The translations under genes were made by a program, and so were the position numbers. A stretch of 64,000 nt of DNA. It comes from an uncultured Chloroflexia bacterium (GTDB lineage Bacteria > Chloroflexota > UBA6077 > JACCZL01). Of the stretch, positions 53,099 to 63,976 are shown piece by piece. The stretch spans positions 64,001 through 128,000 of the forward strand of contig CAVXYC010000030.1 of NCBI GenBank assembly GCA_963765765.1, written 5' to 3'. The number at the start of each line of letters is the position of its first letter. The stretch's first letter is position 1. Under the pieces are notes generated by a model. That model made no database searches. It was given only the letters and a program-made list of their open reading frames with translations, and was not told the DNA's origin.

Positions 53099-53106
53099 CG
53101 TGACTA

Positions 53107-53147
53107 AACATGCGAATGGCGGGCGATTCGCCCGCCATTCGCATGTT
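53107..53147. terminator. Bidirectional terminator-like hairpin
   Basis: AACATGCGAATGGCGGGCGA-t-TCGCCCGCCATTCGCATGTT between convergent genes. Confidence 0.75.
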
Positions 53148-53164
53148 GTTGTGCCCAGAGAAGG

Positions 53165-53621
53165 CTAGACGTACCGCGGGCGAACGTGGATATGAATCCA
53201 GACCAACGCCAGCGTGATGATCAGACCGAGTATGGAGAATGAGACGAGATCGTTCAGTAGGCCGACGGCCAGACCTATGCCGTAGATCCACCAGCCGGTG
53301 GCGCTCATGTGCCTTCATCTTCCATCCGCCAACGAAGCTCAAAGCGCTGCCGATGCCACCCAGTACGATGGCGAAGACACTACCCATGCCGGCACGGAGG
53401 CCTTCTGCTCCGGCGAGGACAAGAAACGGACTGAGCACGGCGCCGAATAGACCGAACACCACGGTGAAGATGAAGCCGATAGCGCCAAAGATGATGGCGA
53501 TCCAGGGGATCCACTTCACGTAAGCGTCCATGATCCCGGGAGGCGGCTCCGGGAGTTTTTCACGAGCTTGCTCTACGTAGTCCTCCCACCGTCCGCGAGA
53601 ACCGCTACTGCTCGAACTCAT
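53165..53621 (-). CDS. Hypothetical membrane protein, frameshift near 53310
   Basis: Hydrophobic frame continues as MSATGWWIYGIGLAVGLLNDLVSFSILGLIITLALVWIHIHVRPRYV*. Confidence 0.7.
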
Positions 53622-53785
53622 CATTGTGAGGCCTCCACAACTATCGAGCTCGCCGGCAGGTCGGTTGCGTTATGTCAGCGAGTTAACCGAAGCCTATGCT
53701 TTCCGCAAATCCACGGCAAGGATCTAATTTGCTAACCGCATTACGATGGATTCACAGTTTGCGAATGTCGCTGAGGTGAGCGCTT

Positions 53786-54266
53786 GTGACGCGTTCGATC
53801 GGGTCCATATTGCCCACCGTGTTGGTGGAGTTTCTGGATGGAGAGCGTCTGGAGACCAAGGTGGGCGATGCCATTCACTGCATCACCGTATCCGATGACG
53901 GCTGGCCCTACCTGGCATTGATCAGCGTCGGCGAGCTGCTAGCAACCGCACCGTCAAAGATGCGTCTAGCCGTCTGGCCCACCAGTACGACACGAAAAAA
54001 TCTGGATCGAGACGGTCGATGCGCATTGGCCCTGGTGCACGCGGAAATCAGCTACGTCATTCGCTGTCTGACCAGCCCCGCGGGTAGCATCGATCAACTT
54101 GACGGGCCTCCACTGAGTGTCTTCGACCTCGCCGTTGTGGACGTGCTCGGAGGACGTGGCGCCATATGCCACGCTCACTTCTGGCGTGACCTATGAGCTG
54201 CATAATCCGGACGCGGTCGTCGCGCGGTGGAAACGGACGATCGGTTTGCTGCGGTCGGAGTTGTAG
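53786..54266 (+). CDS. Pyridoxamine 5'-phosphate oxidase-like protein, frameshift near 54150
   Basis: TVSDDGWPYLALISVGE, TTRKNLDRDG, continues DVAPYATLTSGVTY. Confidence 0.75.
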
Positions 54267-54340
54267 CTTCGATTGCGAGCCCCTCACCCAACACTTGCAC
54301 CTCCAAGTAGCCCGCTCGTCGAGTATGCGACCATAGTCGA

Positions 54341-55183
54341 ATGCTGCCTTTGTTCCTGGCATTTCTCGCCAGCATCTCCTGGGGAGTCGGTGATTTTCTT
54401 GGTGGGCTGAAGTCACGAGTATTGCCGTTACTGGTGGTCTTGTCTGTGGCTCAGTTAGTCGGTCTGCTGGCGATCGGTATCATTGTCATGATCCGCGGCA
54501 GTGGTCCGCCCGATTCGGACTTCGTCCCCTTTGCAGTGGCCGGCGGCGTGGCCGTCTCGGTTGGCATTGGCGCGTTCTTCCGAGCCCTGGCGATTGGCAC
54601 GATGAGTGTCGTGGCGCCCATCTCGGCCGTGGGGTCCGCCGTTCCCGTTGTCTACGGCATTCTGTTAGGTGAACGCCCAGGCACCGGGCAGATCTTCGGA
54701 ATCGTCTTGGCCATCCTGGGCGTTGTCCTGGCGGCGCGTGAGCCGCCCAAGCCCGGTGAATCAAGTGGAACCGTGGCGACGGGGGCCGGCCTTGCCGTAG
54801 TGGCGGCGCTGGGCTTCGGACTGTTTCTCACGACGATGCACCGAGCGAGTGAGGACGATGCTTTTTGGGCGACGCTGGTCCAGCGCGCCACGGCCATGGC
54901 TATATTCGCAGTACTGCTGCTGGCGAGGCGGCCGTCGTTCAAGACGGCCCGGCCACATACAGTCGGGCTGATTGCCATTGGCCTGTTGGATGTGACCGCG
55001 GCCGTGCTCTTCGCCGTGGCTTCATCGCAAGGGCTGGTCAGTTTAATCGCGGTTATGGCATCGCTGTATCCCATCGTCACGGTTCTTCTGGCACACGTCA
55101 TTCTGGGGGAGCGTTTGGCGCTGAGCCAACGGGTTGGTGCTGGCGCGGCGTTCGCCGGCGTAGGACTGATCTCACTCGCTTAG
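54341..55183 (+). CDS. DMT/EamA family transporter
   Basis: WGVGDFLGG, GTMSVVAPIS, SLYPIVTVLLA..ILGERL; about 10 TM segments. Confidence 0.9.
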   Translation: MLPLFLAFLASISWGVGDFLGGLKSRVLPLLVVLSVAQLVGLLAIGIIVMIRGSGPPDSDFVPFAVAGGVAVSVGIGAFFRALAIGTMSVVAPISAVGSAVPVVYGILLGERPGTGQIFGIVLAILGVVLAAREPPKPGESSGTVATGAGLAVVAALGFGLFLTTMHRASEDDAFWATLVQRATAMAIFAVLLLARRPSFKTARPHTVGLIAIGLLDVTAAVLFAVASSQGLVSLIAVMASLYPIVTVLLAHVILGERLALSQRVGAGAAFAGVGLISLA

Positions 55184-55194
55184 GAGCTACACCA

Positions 55195-56103
55195 ATGGGT
55201 CACATCGGACTGACCTTACCTATCTCCACACCGGATCATTCGCCAGACACGGTGCTTCGCTGCGCGCGGTTGGCTGAGGACGCCGGTGCTCATTCCCTCT
55301 GGACCATCGATCGACTGACCTTCGGCAATCAGGAGCCGTTACTCGGGTTGGCCGCGGCCGCGGCAATCACTACCAGCGTCAAGCTGGGAACCAGCGTGCT
55401 CCTGGGCACGTTGCGCGGTCCCGCGATGCTGGCCAAGCAAATCGCCACGCTGGATCAGCTCTCAGGCGGTCGCGTCATCCTGGGCCTCGGGGTAGGGAGC
55501 CGTACGGATGATTTTGAGGCCGCCGGCGTGCCGTTCGAGCATCGCGGCACCCGAGCCGAGGAGATGGTGGACATCTTGCGACTGGCCTGGTCCGGCGAGC
55601 CGGTGAAGTATCAGGGCCAGTTCTATTCCATGGATGTCGGGCCCATCGGACCCCGCCCGATCCAGTCACGCATTCCCATCTGGTTCGGGGGCAGCGCCCA
55701 GCCGGCGCTGCGGCGCGCCGGCCGCATTGCCGATGGGTTCATCGGCGGCTCCAGTCGCGGCGCCGAGGGTTTTCGAGAGAGTATGGAGACCGTCAAAGAT
55801 TCGGCGGCGTCAGCGGGACGCGATCCCGAAGCGCTGAGCGGCGCGACGCTCATGATGGTGAGCCTGGATGACGATCGAGAGCGAGCTCGACAGCGAGCCT
55901 TCGACTACCAGGCAAATTACTACAGCGCGGCGCGAGCAAATCCGGACCAGTGCGTGCTGGGCTCGGTGGACGAATGCGCCGCGCAGGTACGTCCGTATCT
56001 CGAGGTCGGGGCGGACGTTCTGATCATCAGCCCGGTCACGTCAGATATCGACCACTACGCGCGCATTTGCTCTGAGCTCTTACCCAAGCTCTCCGATTAT
56101 TAG
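55195..56103 (+). CDS. LLM-class flavin/F420-dependent oxidoreductase
   Basis: LAKQIATLDQLSGGRVILGLGVG, PIWFGG, ALRRAGRIADG; AGGAG RBS. Confidence 0.9.
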   Translation: MGHIGLTLPISTPDHSPDTVLRCARLAEDAGAHSLWTIDRLTFGNQEPLLGLAAAAAITTSVKLGTSVLLGTLRGPAMLAKQIATLDQLSGGRVILGLGVGSRTDDFEAAGVPFEHRGTRAEEMVDILRLAWSGEPVKYQGQFYSMDVGPIGPRPIQSRIPIWFGGSAQPALRRAGRIADGFIGGSSRGAEGFRESMETVKDSAASAGRDPEALSGATLMMVSLDDDRERARQRAFDYQANYYSAARANPDQCVLGSVDECAAQVRPYLEVGADVLIISPVTSDIDHYARICSELLPKLSDY

Positions 56104-56237
56104 GCCGAAAAGTTCAGGGGGTTTTCAGGTCCTCCGAATCTCCATCGCGGCATGAGACGTGCGTGACTATCAAGCCGACTAGATTGACCGTGCGAAGCGG
56201 CTCGGACTGGATCTCAGGAATTTTGTGGAGGGACATC

Positions 56238-56450
56238 ATGGGTCGTGGCCCAATAGTGTTTCTGGTAATCATGGCAGCAGTCGTGGCGGCGGCGCAATTT
56301 TTCATACGGCGCAGGCGCCAACAAAAAAAGGACCTCGTCGGTCGTATGAGCAACCAGCTTGGAGGCCTTTCGCGGAGTAAGCCGGTTGAGAAGCTCGTGG
56401 ACGACGCTGATGTCCTCCTCAAGGAGATCCGTAGGCAACTCAAGCGGTAG
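56238..56450 (+). CDS. Small single-TM hypothetical protein
   Basis: GGAGG RBS; N-terminal hydrophobic helix then basic stretch; followed by terminator. Confidence 0.6.
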   Translation: MGRGPIVFLVIMAAVVAAAQFFIRRRRQQKKDLVGRMSNQLGGLSRSKPVEKLVDDADVLLKEIRRQLKR

Positions 56451-56486
56451 TTGAAAAGAGCGCTTCCGTGGGACGCGCTCAATGTG

Positions 56487-56522
56487 ACGGGGATCGATCG
56501 GTCTATCGATCCCCGTTTTTTG
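56487..56522 (+). terminator. Rho-independent terminator
   Basis: ACGGGGATCGAT-cggtct-ATCGATCCCCGT followed by a T run. Confidence 0.85.
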
Positions 56523-56778
56523 TTGCGCTCAGCTCAAGCCTTCCCACCCATTCACTTCTGTGCAATCTATTGGCCGTATGTCACCTCATGCCAGAATCTG
56601 GCATAGAAGGTGCTTCAGGCGTCACCACGAATGTCAGAGGAGTGGGTCATGTCTCGGTGTCAGCATTGCAAAGGTGATGATTTGGTGTGGTTCACACCAC
56701 GACGTTTCGGTCGTCCAGGCATCGTTCTGTGTCGGTTGTGCGATCGCGTAAGTGTGCTTCTAAGCCGCATGTAGTGGC

Positions 56779-59403
56779 TCAGGGCGTCGGAGGAGCGGAC
56801 GCTTGCTCCGACGGTTTCGTACCAACGAGTATCCGGCCACGGGCCGGGGCGTACCTGCTGGTGAGATTGAGCGTCCGTGGGCTCGTCTCGCCCGATGCGA
56901 TCACCGAGCGTTGAAGACTTACACTGAAGCCATCTGACCGATCCTCGATCCACGCCTCCTGACCCATGGGAGCCGACGGATCTTCGTGCCGTTCCGGTTC
57001 GTCATCCGGCGGCGTCGTTGCGGTGATCACAGGCTCCAGGACTTGCACGGTCCAGGTGGGCCTGGTGCCGTACAGCGCCACAATGGCGTTGTCTCCGTAT
57101 ATGGAGGACTGAATCAGTAACGGCTGCGGGGTGTTGTTCGTGAATCGGAAGTCCCGGTTCTCCGCCGCGTCCACTACCGCGTCAAGGCCTGGCTGGCCGC
57201 GCGGTGGTTCGCCTGCCCGAACGGTCCAGTGGGCCGGAGCCTGACGCTCTTCAATGCCGTAACCGGTCCAGAAGACGACCTGGGCAAGTGACGACGCGAC
57301 CAGGTTCACTCCGCGCGCGATCACGGATGCATCATCCGGCGCCGATCGGTATCCTCGGCCCTCATTCACGGTACCCAGCGCGTCCAGTAAGGAGAAGGTC
57401 TGGCCCGGCAAGACGAGTCGACCGTGCAGGTCGCCCAGCGCCCGATCCGTATTGGCTCGAGTCCACTGATCGAGCCCGCCAAGCGGCAGCGACGCGTCCA
57501 GTACAAGCTCACGAATATTGAGCGTACCCGGCGTCGTCCAGGCCCAGGGCATGTACCGGCTGTGGGGGGAGTGTCGCGGGTCCGCCCTGAATCAGCACCT
57601 GCTGCTCCAGGGCAGCAGCCGCTGTGCTGAGATCGAGCTGCTGGCCGTCAGCTCCTGGCACGGCCACGCTCAGACCACCCGGTGACCAGTTGAATCGCGC
57701 GTGGACGGGAGGGCGCGCCACGCGCTCAGCGAGTGGCCGCAGTAGTCGGCTTGTCTCACCATCCAGCAGATGGAGCGACACCTGTGAGCGACCGTCGACG
57801 TGCGCTTTTCGCACACTCAAGATGGATGCAATTTGGGATCGATCCAATTGAATCGATTCATTGCCGGAGGTCACCGTGAGAGGTTGCGCCAGCATTCGCT
57901 CTGCCATGGCTCGGGGGGCGGCCAGGTCAGCCTCTGACACGTTGGGAGGAACCTCAGCGGTAGGAAGGCGAAGTGTTCCCGCGCCCAGCGCCTGCAACCG
58001 ATCACGGATTACTTCGGCGCTGGCGGATCGATCCAGTGTTCGACCGGCCCTGCTCGCCTGGATTCGAACGGTTCCAGATGGCTCAATGAGCATGGCCGCG
58101 TCCTGGGCCACGCCGGTGGTGGACTCCACCCGCTCAGCCAGGGGCGTGAGCGCGGCCTCCATTCGGGCATCATCTACCTGATAGACCAACGGAGTATCGC
58201 GCTCCAGAACCAGTCCACGGGCCTGTTCAAAAAGCTGTCGAGCCAGAGTGCCGCTGCGGCCAATCTGGAGTGCGCGTTGAGCCGTTGCGGCCGCGTCGAA
58301 CCGGACACCCAGCTCGCCGGCCGCGAGGTAGAACTCCTGCCCGGCAATTTCCAGCGTGATCGCCTGGCGGGCGTATTCAGCGAATTGTGTTTCCAGAGCC
58401 CGCGTAGCCTCGTCCACGGAGCGTCCGCCCAGGTCCACACTCAAGGCGTGCACGCCCGGGTAGATACGCTGATTGAACGCGAGCTGGTAGAGCCAGATGG
58501 CCCCCAGCCCAACAAGAACAACGGCTAACGCGACGATGCCCGCGAACTTGGCCGGGCTACTCCAGATTGGTTCGGGTAAAGCAGCTTCAACGGAGCTTGG
58601 CTGACTGGCCACCGACGGCGCGGGAGTGTCCGTGGCCTGCACCACTGGCTCGACGATCAGGACGATGACGCTAATGTCGTCGCTGCTCCCGGCCGTACGT
58701 GCCGCGCGCACGAGTCGATCCGCCGCGCCACGAGCGTCTTCACCGTGACAGCTCTAGCAATGGCGGCATCGTCGAGCGTAGCGCTGAGCCCATCGGTGCA
58801 CAGCACAATCACATCACCGTCCTGGAGCGGCTCCTCTAGAAGGTCCACCGCCACATCCGCCGCTGCGCCAAGTAGACGGGTTGGAGCACTTTTGAGTGGG
58901 TGATCCTGAAGCCGCGATCGGTCAAGGCCCTGCAACTCTTGCTCCCCGGCCCACGTGTGATCCTGAGTTAGCTGCCGCGCCCGGCCATGGCGAATGAGAT
59001 ATGCGCGACTGTCGCCCACATGGCCGATGATGAGTCGACTGTTATGCACCACGGCCGCGGTGCACGTGGATGCCATGCCTCGTAGCGATGCGTCGTTGGC
59101 CGCGAGGCCCAGGATGGATTGACCGGCCTCCCGTAACGATCGATCCAGTGTGGCCGTAGGTGAGCCGTCGAACGCACGCCGATAGGTCTCGAGCGTGGAT
59201 TCCACGGCTGTCTGGCTGGCCACCTGGCCGCTGTCGCGCGGACCAACGCCATCGGCCACCACGTAGACCACGCCCATGCGCGCCCGCGTGGTCATCAGGT
59301 CAGGCGCCCATCGACCCACGGCGTCCTGGTTGACTTCGCGCCCCGGCGCCACGATGGATACCTGCGCGCTGGCCGCCACTCCGAGCGCGCCTGTCTCAGG
59401 CAC
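56779..59403 (-). CDS. PP2C phosphatase - TM - peptidoglycan-binding (PG_binding_4/YoaR-like) - VanW-like - G5-like fusion protein, two frameshifts (near 58720 and 57550)
   Basis: PP2C motifs GREVNQD, VADGVG, HVGDSRAY, LTQDH, LCTDGL, with the terminal motif AARTAGSSDDISVIVL at the start of the next ORF; TM then RIYPGV...VDLGG; VanW-like LVLPGQTFSL, GLDAVV, DFRFTN. Confidence 0.75.
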
Positions 59404-59407
59404 GATT

Positions 59408-59519
59408 GCGAGTGAAGAGTGAACAGTGAAGAGTGAACAGTGGACAGAGTCCCGGTGATTCCTGGGATCGTGCTCGCCAGATCCCGCGTTTCACTCTTAA
59501 CTCTTCACTCTTCACTCGC
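59408..59519. repeat. Heptamer tandem repeats arranged as an inverted pair
   Basis: (GAGTGAA/CAGTGAA)n at 59410-59445 and (TTCACTC)n at 59490-59517. Confidence 0.75.
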
Positions 59520-59573
59520 CCGAAGGCACTCTGTCCTATAATCGGCAGGTCCTGTCCGCGTCCCGGGGATTCA

Positions 59574-60209
59574 ATGACAGCGCGTCGCGCAATACTCTTG
59601 ATCGTAGTCATAGAAGCGGTGTTTTGCGCGGCAGTTGCAAAGGCCGGGGGCAATCGTCCCAACCTCCACTTCGTTGAGGGTGGCATTGTCACCTGGGTGA
59701 ACGCCTTTCAGATCTTTGCGCTAAGTGTCGTTGCGGTCGCAGTGTACCGTGCGCGTAAAGACGAGAACGACTCAATGGGCGCCGCGTTCTGGCTCGTCGC
59801 CGCCGCCGGCGCCATCTTCTTGACGCTCGACGAAACATTCGAGTTTCACGAGCAGCTCGGCAACTATTTTCAAACCCACCGCTTCCCTCGTCCTCCGCTC
59901 CTGAACGGCTGGGGCGATGTCGTACTCATCGCGTACGCATTTCCGGTGCTCGGCATCTGCTGGTGGTTTCGCCGGGAGATCCTTGCGGATCCAGAAGTCC
60001 TCCGCTACCTGCTCCTGGGCGGCGGCGTTCTCGTGCTCTCGCAGCTCGTCGATACCTTCGGCGTACATCAGGGGCGAGAGCGCTTCTGGTGGTCCGTGTC
60101 CGAAGAATCGTCCAAGCTTATCGGATTTGGGATCCTCTTCGGCGCGGTGATCCTGAAGTGGTCCAAGGTCCGCCTCGCGCACCGGCAAGCCGCCCACGCG
60201 GCGAGCTAA
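59574..60209 (+). CDS. Hypothetical multi-pass membrane protein
   Basis: About 5 TM helices; FLTLDETFEFHE and SEESSKLIG motifs. Confidence 0.75.
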   Translation: MTARRAILLIVVIEAVFCAAVAKAGGNRPNLHFVEGGIVTWVNAFQIFALSVVAVAVYRARKDENDSMGAAFWLVAAAGAIFLTLDETFEFHEQLGNYFQTHRFPRPPLLNGWGDVVLIAYAFPVLGICWWFRREILADPEVLRYLLLGGGVLVLSQLVDTFGVHQGRERFWWSVSEESSKLIGFGILFGAVILKWSKVRLAHRQAAHAAS

Positions 60210-60259
60210 TTATCCGCCCAGCTGCCACAGTCGACGGCTACCTAACATGATCAGGGTTC

Positions 60260-60348
60260 TTGTCATCCTGGAGCGCAGCGAAGGATCTTGCCCAACGGAT
60301 TCCAGGGCCCCGGCGGGGAAGATCCTTCGCTGCGCTCCAGGATGACAA
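60260..60348. repeat. REP-like long inverted repeat, family B copy 2
   Basis: TTGTCATCCTGGAGCGCAGCGAAGGATCTT ... AAGATCCTTCGCTGCGCTCCAGGATGACAA. Confidence 0.8.
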
Positions 60349-60425
60349 CCAGGCGTAAACCGTAACCAGAACTCCTCGCTTCGGGTGCGCCCAGATCACA
60401 AGTCCCGCGCTCACAGCTACGGCAA

Positions 60426-60700
60426 TCAGCGGCGGAACGTCCGCACTCGTTTGAACTCCAGCGGCTCACCCCGAATTGTGCTCAGCGCAATCGCTGCCAG
60501 ACCGAGTAAGTAAAGCTGAATCGCCGCCGTCCGCTCCAGCGGCGTCCGGCTCGCATTGAAAGGCGCCACCACCGGCGCCACGAACCACAACGAGATCATG
60601 TAGTTCTGCATGTGGCCAATCGGCTCAGCTATGCTCCACCTCCAGCTACCCGGTGCAAAAGAACCCCACGACCAGCAGAAAGAGCCTAGATGACCGCGTC
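60426..60700 (-). pseudogene. Possible membrane protein gene fragment
   Basis: Hydrophobic HMQNYMISLWFVAPVVA...IQLYLLGLAAIALS stretch with no credible start. Confidence 0.3.
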
Positions 60701-60827
60701 GATGCGCAGCGCCAGCTTGAGCCTCGCGTCCAAGTCCAGCCCCCGGTGTGCGCGAAATCCGTTTAGAAGAATACATCCGTCAGTAGTCTCGATTGACAGC
60801 CGGCCATTTTTACAGAAAAATACTCGC

Positions 60828-61097
60828 ATGAAGACCACCGTGGAATTCCCAGACGAGCTGATGGAGGAAGTGAAGATCGAGGCGGCAAGGCGTCGAAAGA
60901 AGCTGAAAGATCTTGTGCCAGAGCTTGTTCGCGCCGGTTTGGAGTCGCATCGGAAGAATGAGTCAACGAAGCGACACATGACACCCGACGAGGCCGCGGC
61001 TTGGGTAGTGAATCTCAGAGCTATGGGAGACGAGATGCAGCGTCATTCGCAGGATCCGCGGACTCTGGTTCAGATCCTCAACGATGATCGCCGTTGA
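60828..61097 (+). CDS. VapB-like (RHH) antitoxin
   Basis: MKTTVEFPDELMEEVKIEAARRRKKLKDLV; stop overlaps toxin start (TTGA). Confidence 0.75.
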   Translation: MKTTVEFPDELMEEVKIEAARRRKKLKDLVPELVRAGLESHRKNESTKRHMTPDEAAAWVVNLRAMGDEMQRHSQDPRTLVQILNDDRR

Positions 61098-61489
61098 GTC
61101 TCACGGTCGATGCAAACATCTGGCTTGCCGCCGCTGATCCGCACGAGCCAAGTCAGGATATATGCGCGCGCTTCCTCACACTTGCGCTTAGCACGAATGA
61201 GTCCTCTTGAGTCTCCGCTGCTGTTACAGGTCGAGATCGCCGGGGCAACTTCCCGAAAGACAGGTAACAGCGACGACGCTCGCAACGTCACGCTCGAGAT
61301 CGTGAGCATCGCGGCGCATCGATGGCACGCCCTAGACGAGTACCTCGCATCTGCTGCTTCGGCGCTTGCGGGAGAACTGGGCTGCGAGGTGCTGACGCAG
61401 TTTACGCAGCCGTCGCAGCATATACGGGCAGCACGCTTATCACCCTGGATAGTCAGCCCAGGCGCGGACTAACCAACACATTTCCGTGA
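61094..61489 (+). CDS. VapC PIN-domain toxin, frameshifted
   Basis: MSLTVDANIW, LLQVEIAGA, RGADAVYAAVA, LITLD motifs across frames. Confidence 0.75.
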
Positions 61490-61592
61490 TGACACCCGAT
61501 GGCTGGATCGCGGCACGCACGACTTGACTTCGGCCATCATCTCATCAAAGATTCTCGCCGCGCAGTGAAGCAAGCAGCGTGAATGCGATCGC

Positions 61593-63972
61593 ATGAACAA
61601 AAAAGAGCTCACCGAAACAGACATACGCACCAAGTTCATCACGCCCGCCATCTGCGGTGCCGATGGAACGAAGTGGGACAAGATGACCCAGTTGCGCGAG
61701 GAGTTCTACTTCACGCGCGGCCGTGTCATCGTGCGCGGAAAGAAAGTGAGTCGCGGCGCGGCCAAAAAGGTCGATTACATCCTCTATTACAAGCCCGGCA
61801 TTCCGCTCGCCCTTGTTGAAGCGAAGGACAACAACCACGCGGTCGGCGCGGGGATGCAACAGGCCCTCGAGTACGCGGAGTTCCTCGATATCCCCTTCGC
61901 GTACAGCAGCAATGGCGACGCGTTCCTGGAGCACGATCGGACCGGCACAGGGCCAACCGTTGAGCGCGAGATTCCGCTGGATCAATTCCCTTCACGGATG
62001 AGCTCTGGTCACGCTACAGCAAAGCGAGAGGACTCACGCCAGCCGAAGAAGAGGTAGCGACTCAGGAATACTACGAGGATGGCTCAGGCAAGGTGCCGCG
62101 CTACTACCAGCAGATCGCCATCAACCGGACCGTCGAGGCCATCGCCCGCGGCGAGAATCGCATTCTCCTCGTCATGGCCACCGGCACCGGCAAGACCTAC
62201 ACCGCGTTCCAGATCATCTGGCGGCTATGGAAGGCCGGTGCCAAGAAGCGGATCCTCTTCCTCGTCGATCGCAACATCCTGGCCGATCAGACAAAGACGA
62301 ACGACTTCAAACCGTTCGGTCAGGCGATGACCAAGATCACCAATCGCACGGTCGACAAGGCGTTTGAGATCTACCTCGCGCTGTATCAGGCGGTCACGGG
62401 AACTGAAGAAGAGCAGAACATCTACAAGGAGTTCTCGCCCGACTTCTTCGACCTGGTGGTGGTGGACGAGTGTCATCGCGGGAGCGCGGCCGACGACGCT
62501 TCGTGGCGAAAGATCCTCGAGTACTTCTCCTCGGCCACGCAGATTGGTTTGACGGCCACGCCCAAGGAGACGAAAGACGTTTCCAACATCGAGTACTTCG
62601 GCGATCCGATCTACACCTACTCGCTCAGGCAGGGAATCGACCGACGGATTCCTCGCCCCCTATAAGGTCATCCGCATCGGAATCGACAAGGACTTGGAAG
62701 GGTGGCGGCCTGAGAAAGGACAAGACGGATAAGTACGGCCAGCTCATCGAAGATCGCGAGTACAACGAGACGGATTTCGACCGAATCGCTCATCCTGGAG
62801 AAGCGCACCGAGGTCGTCGCCGCCAAGATCACCGAGTTCCTGAAGGCCACCGATCGCTTCGCCAAGACCATCGTCTTCTGCGAGAACATCGATCACGCCG
62901 AACGCATGCGGCAGGCGCTGGTGAACGCCAATCCGGACCTCGCCGCCGCGAACAGCAAGTACGTCATGCGGATCACGGGCGACAACGATGAAGGCAAGGC
63001 GCAGCTCGACAATTTCATCGACCCGGAGTCCACATTCCCGGTCATCGCCACCACCTCGCAGCTGATGACGACGGGCGTCGATGCGCAGACGTGCCGACTG
63101 ATCGTTCTCGACAAGCACATCGGCTCGATGACCGAGTTCAAGCAGATCATCGGTCGTGGCACGCGCATCAACGAGGACTACAACAAGCTCTACTTCACCA
63201 TCATGGACTTCCGCCGCGCCACGGCGCTGTTTGCCGATCCGAACTTCGATGGCGATCCGGTGCAAATCTACGAGCCAAGGCTGGCGATCCGCCCGTGCCG
63301 CCTGACGAACGCCAGACGGCCGGCAGCGAGACCCGGCGACGAGGGCGCAGACCTCCGGATGACGGCGGTGGACCTGTCGCTCCGACGGACCGCGCCAGCG
63401 AAGTACTACGTCAACGACGTGGAAGTCTCGCGTTGTCTCCGAGCGCGTCCAGTATCTCGATGCCGACGGCAAGCTCATCACCGAATCGCTCACGGACTAC
63501 ACGCGCAAGACGGTCCGCAAGGAATACGCGTCGTTGAACGCGTTCCTGAACGCCTGGAATGATGCCGACCGCAAGCAAACCATCATCGACGAACTCGCCA
63601 GCCAGGGCGTATTCCTCGATGAACTGGCGGAGCAGGTCGGGCCACGACTATCGATGCCTTCGATCTCGATCTGCCACGTCGCATTCGATCAGCCGCCGCT
63701 CACGCGGCGGGAGCGGGCCGAAAGGGTCCGCAAGCGCAACGTGTTCGCCAAGTACGGCGACAAAGCGCGCGCCGTACTCGATGCCCTGCTAGAGAAATAC
63801 GCCGACGCGCGGCATCGAAGAGCGTCGAGTCGCTCGAAATTCTCAAGGTGGACCCGCTGACGCACGTTTGGGACACCGGTCGAGATCGTCAATCTGTTCG
63901 GCGGCAAGGCAGCAAGTATCTCACTGCCATCCACGAACTCGAAATCGCAGCTCTATCAAGGAAGCAGCCTGA
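61593..63972 (+). CDS. hsdR: Type I restriction enzyme R subunit (EcoAI/EcoEI-like), many frameshifts
   Basis: [23 protein letters not shown] nuclease motif, [43 protein letters not shown]. Confidence 0.92.
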
Positions 63973-63976
63973 GTCT

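Noticed and set aside
469-63972. Programmed ribosomal frameshifting in split genes
   Set aside because: Breaks occur in unrelated ordinary genes without shared slippery sites; sequencing indels are the simpler explanation.
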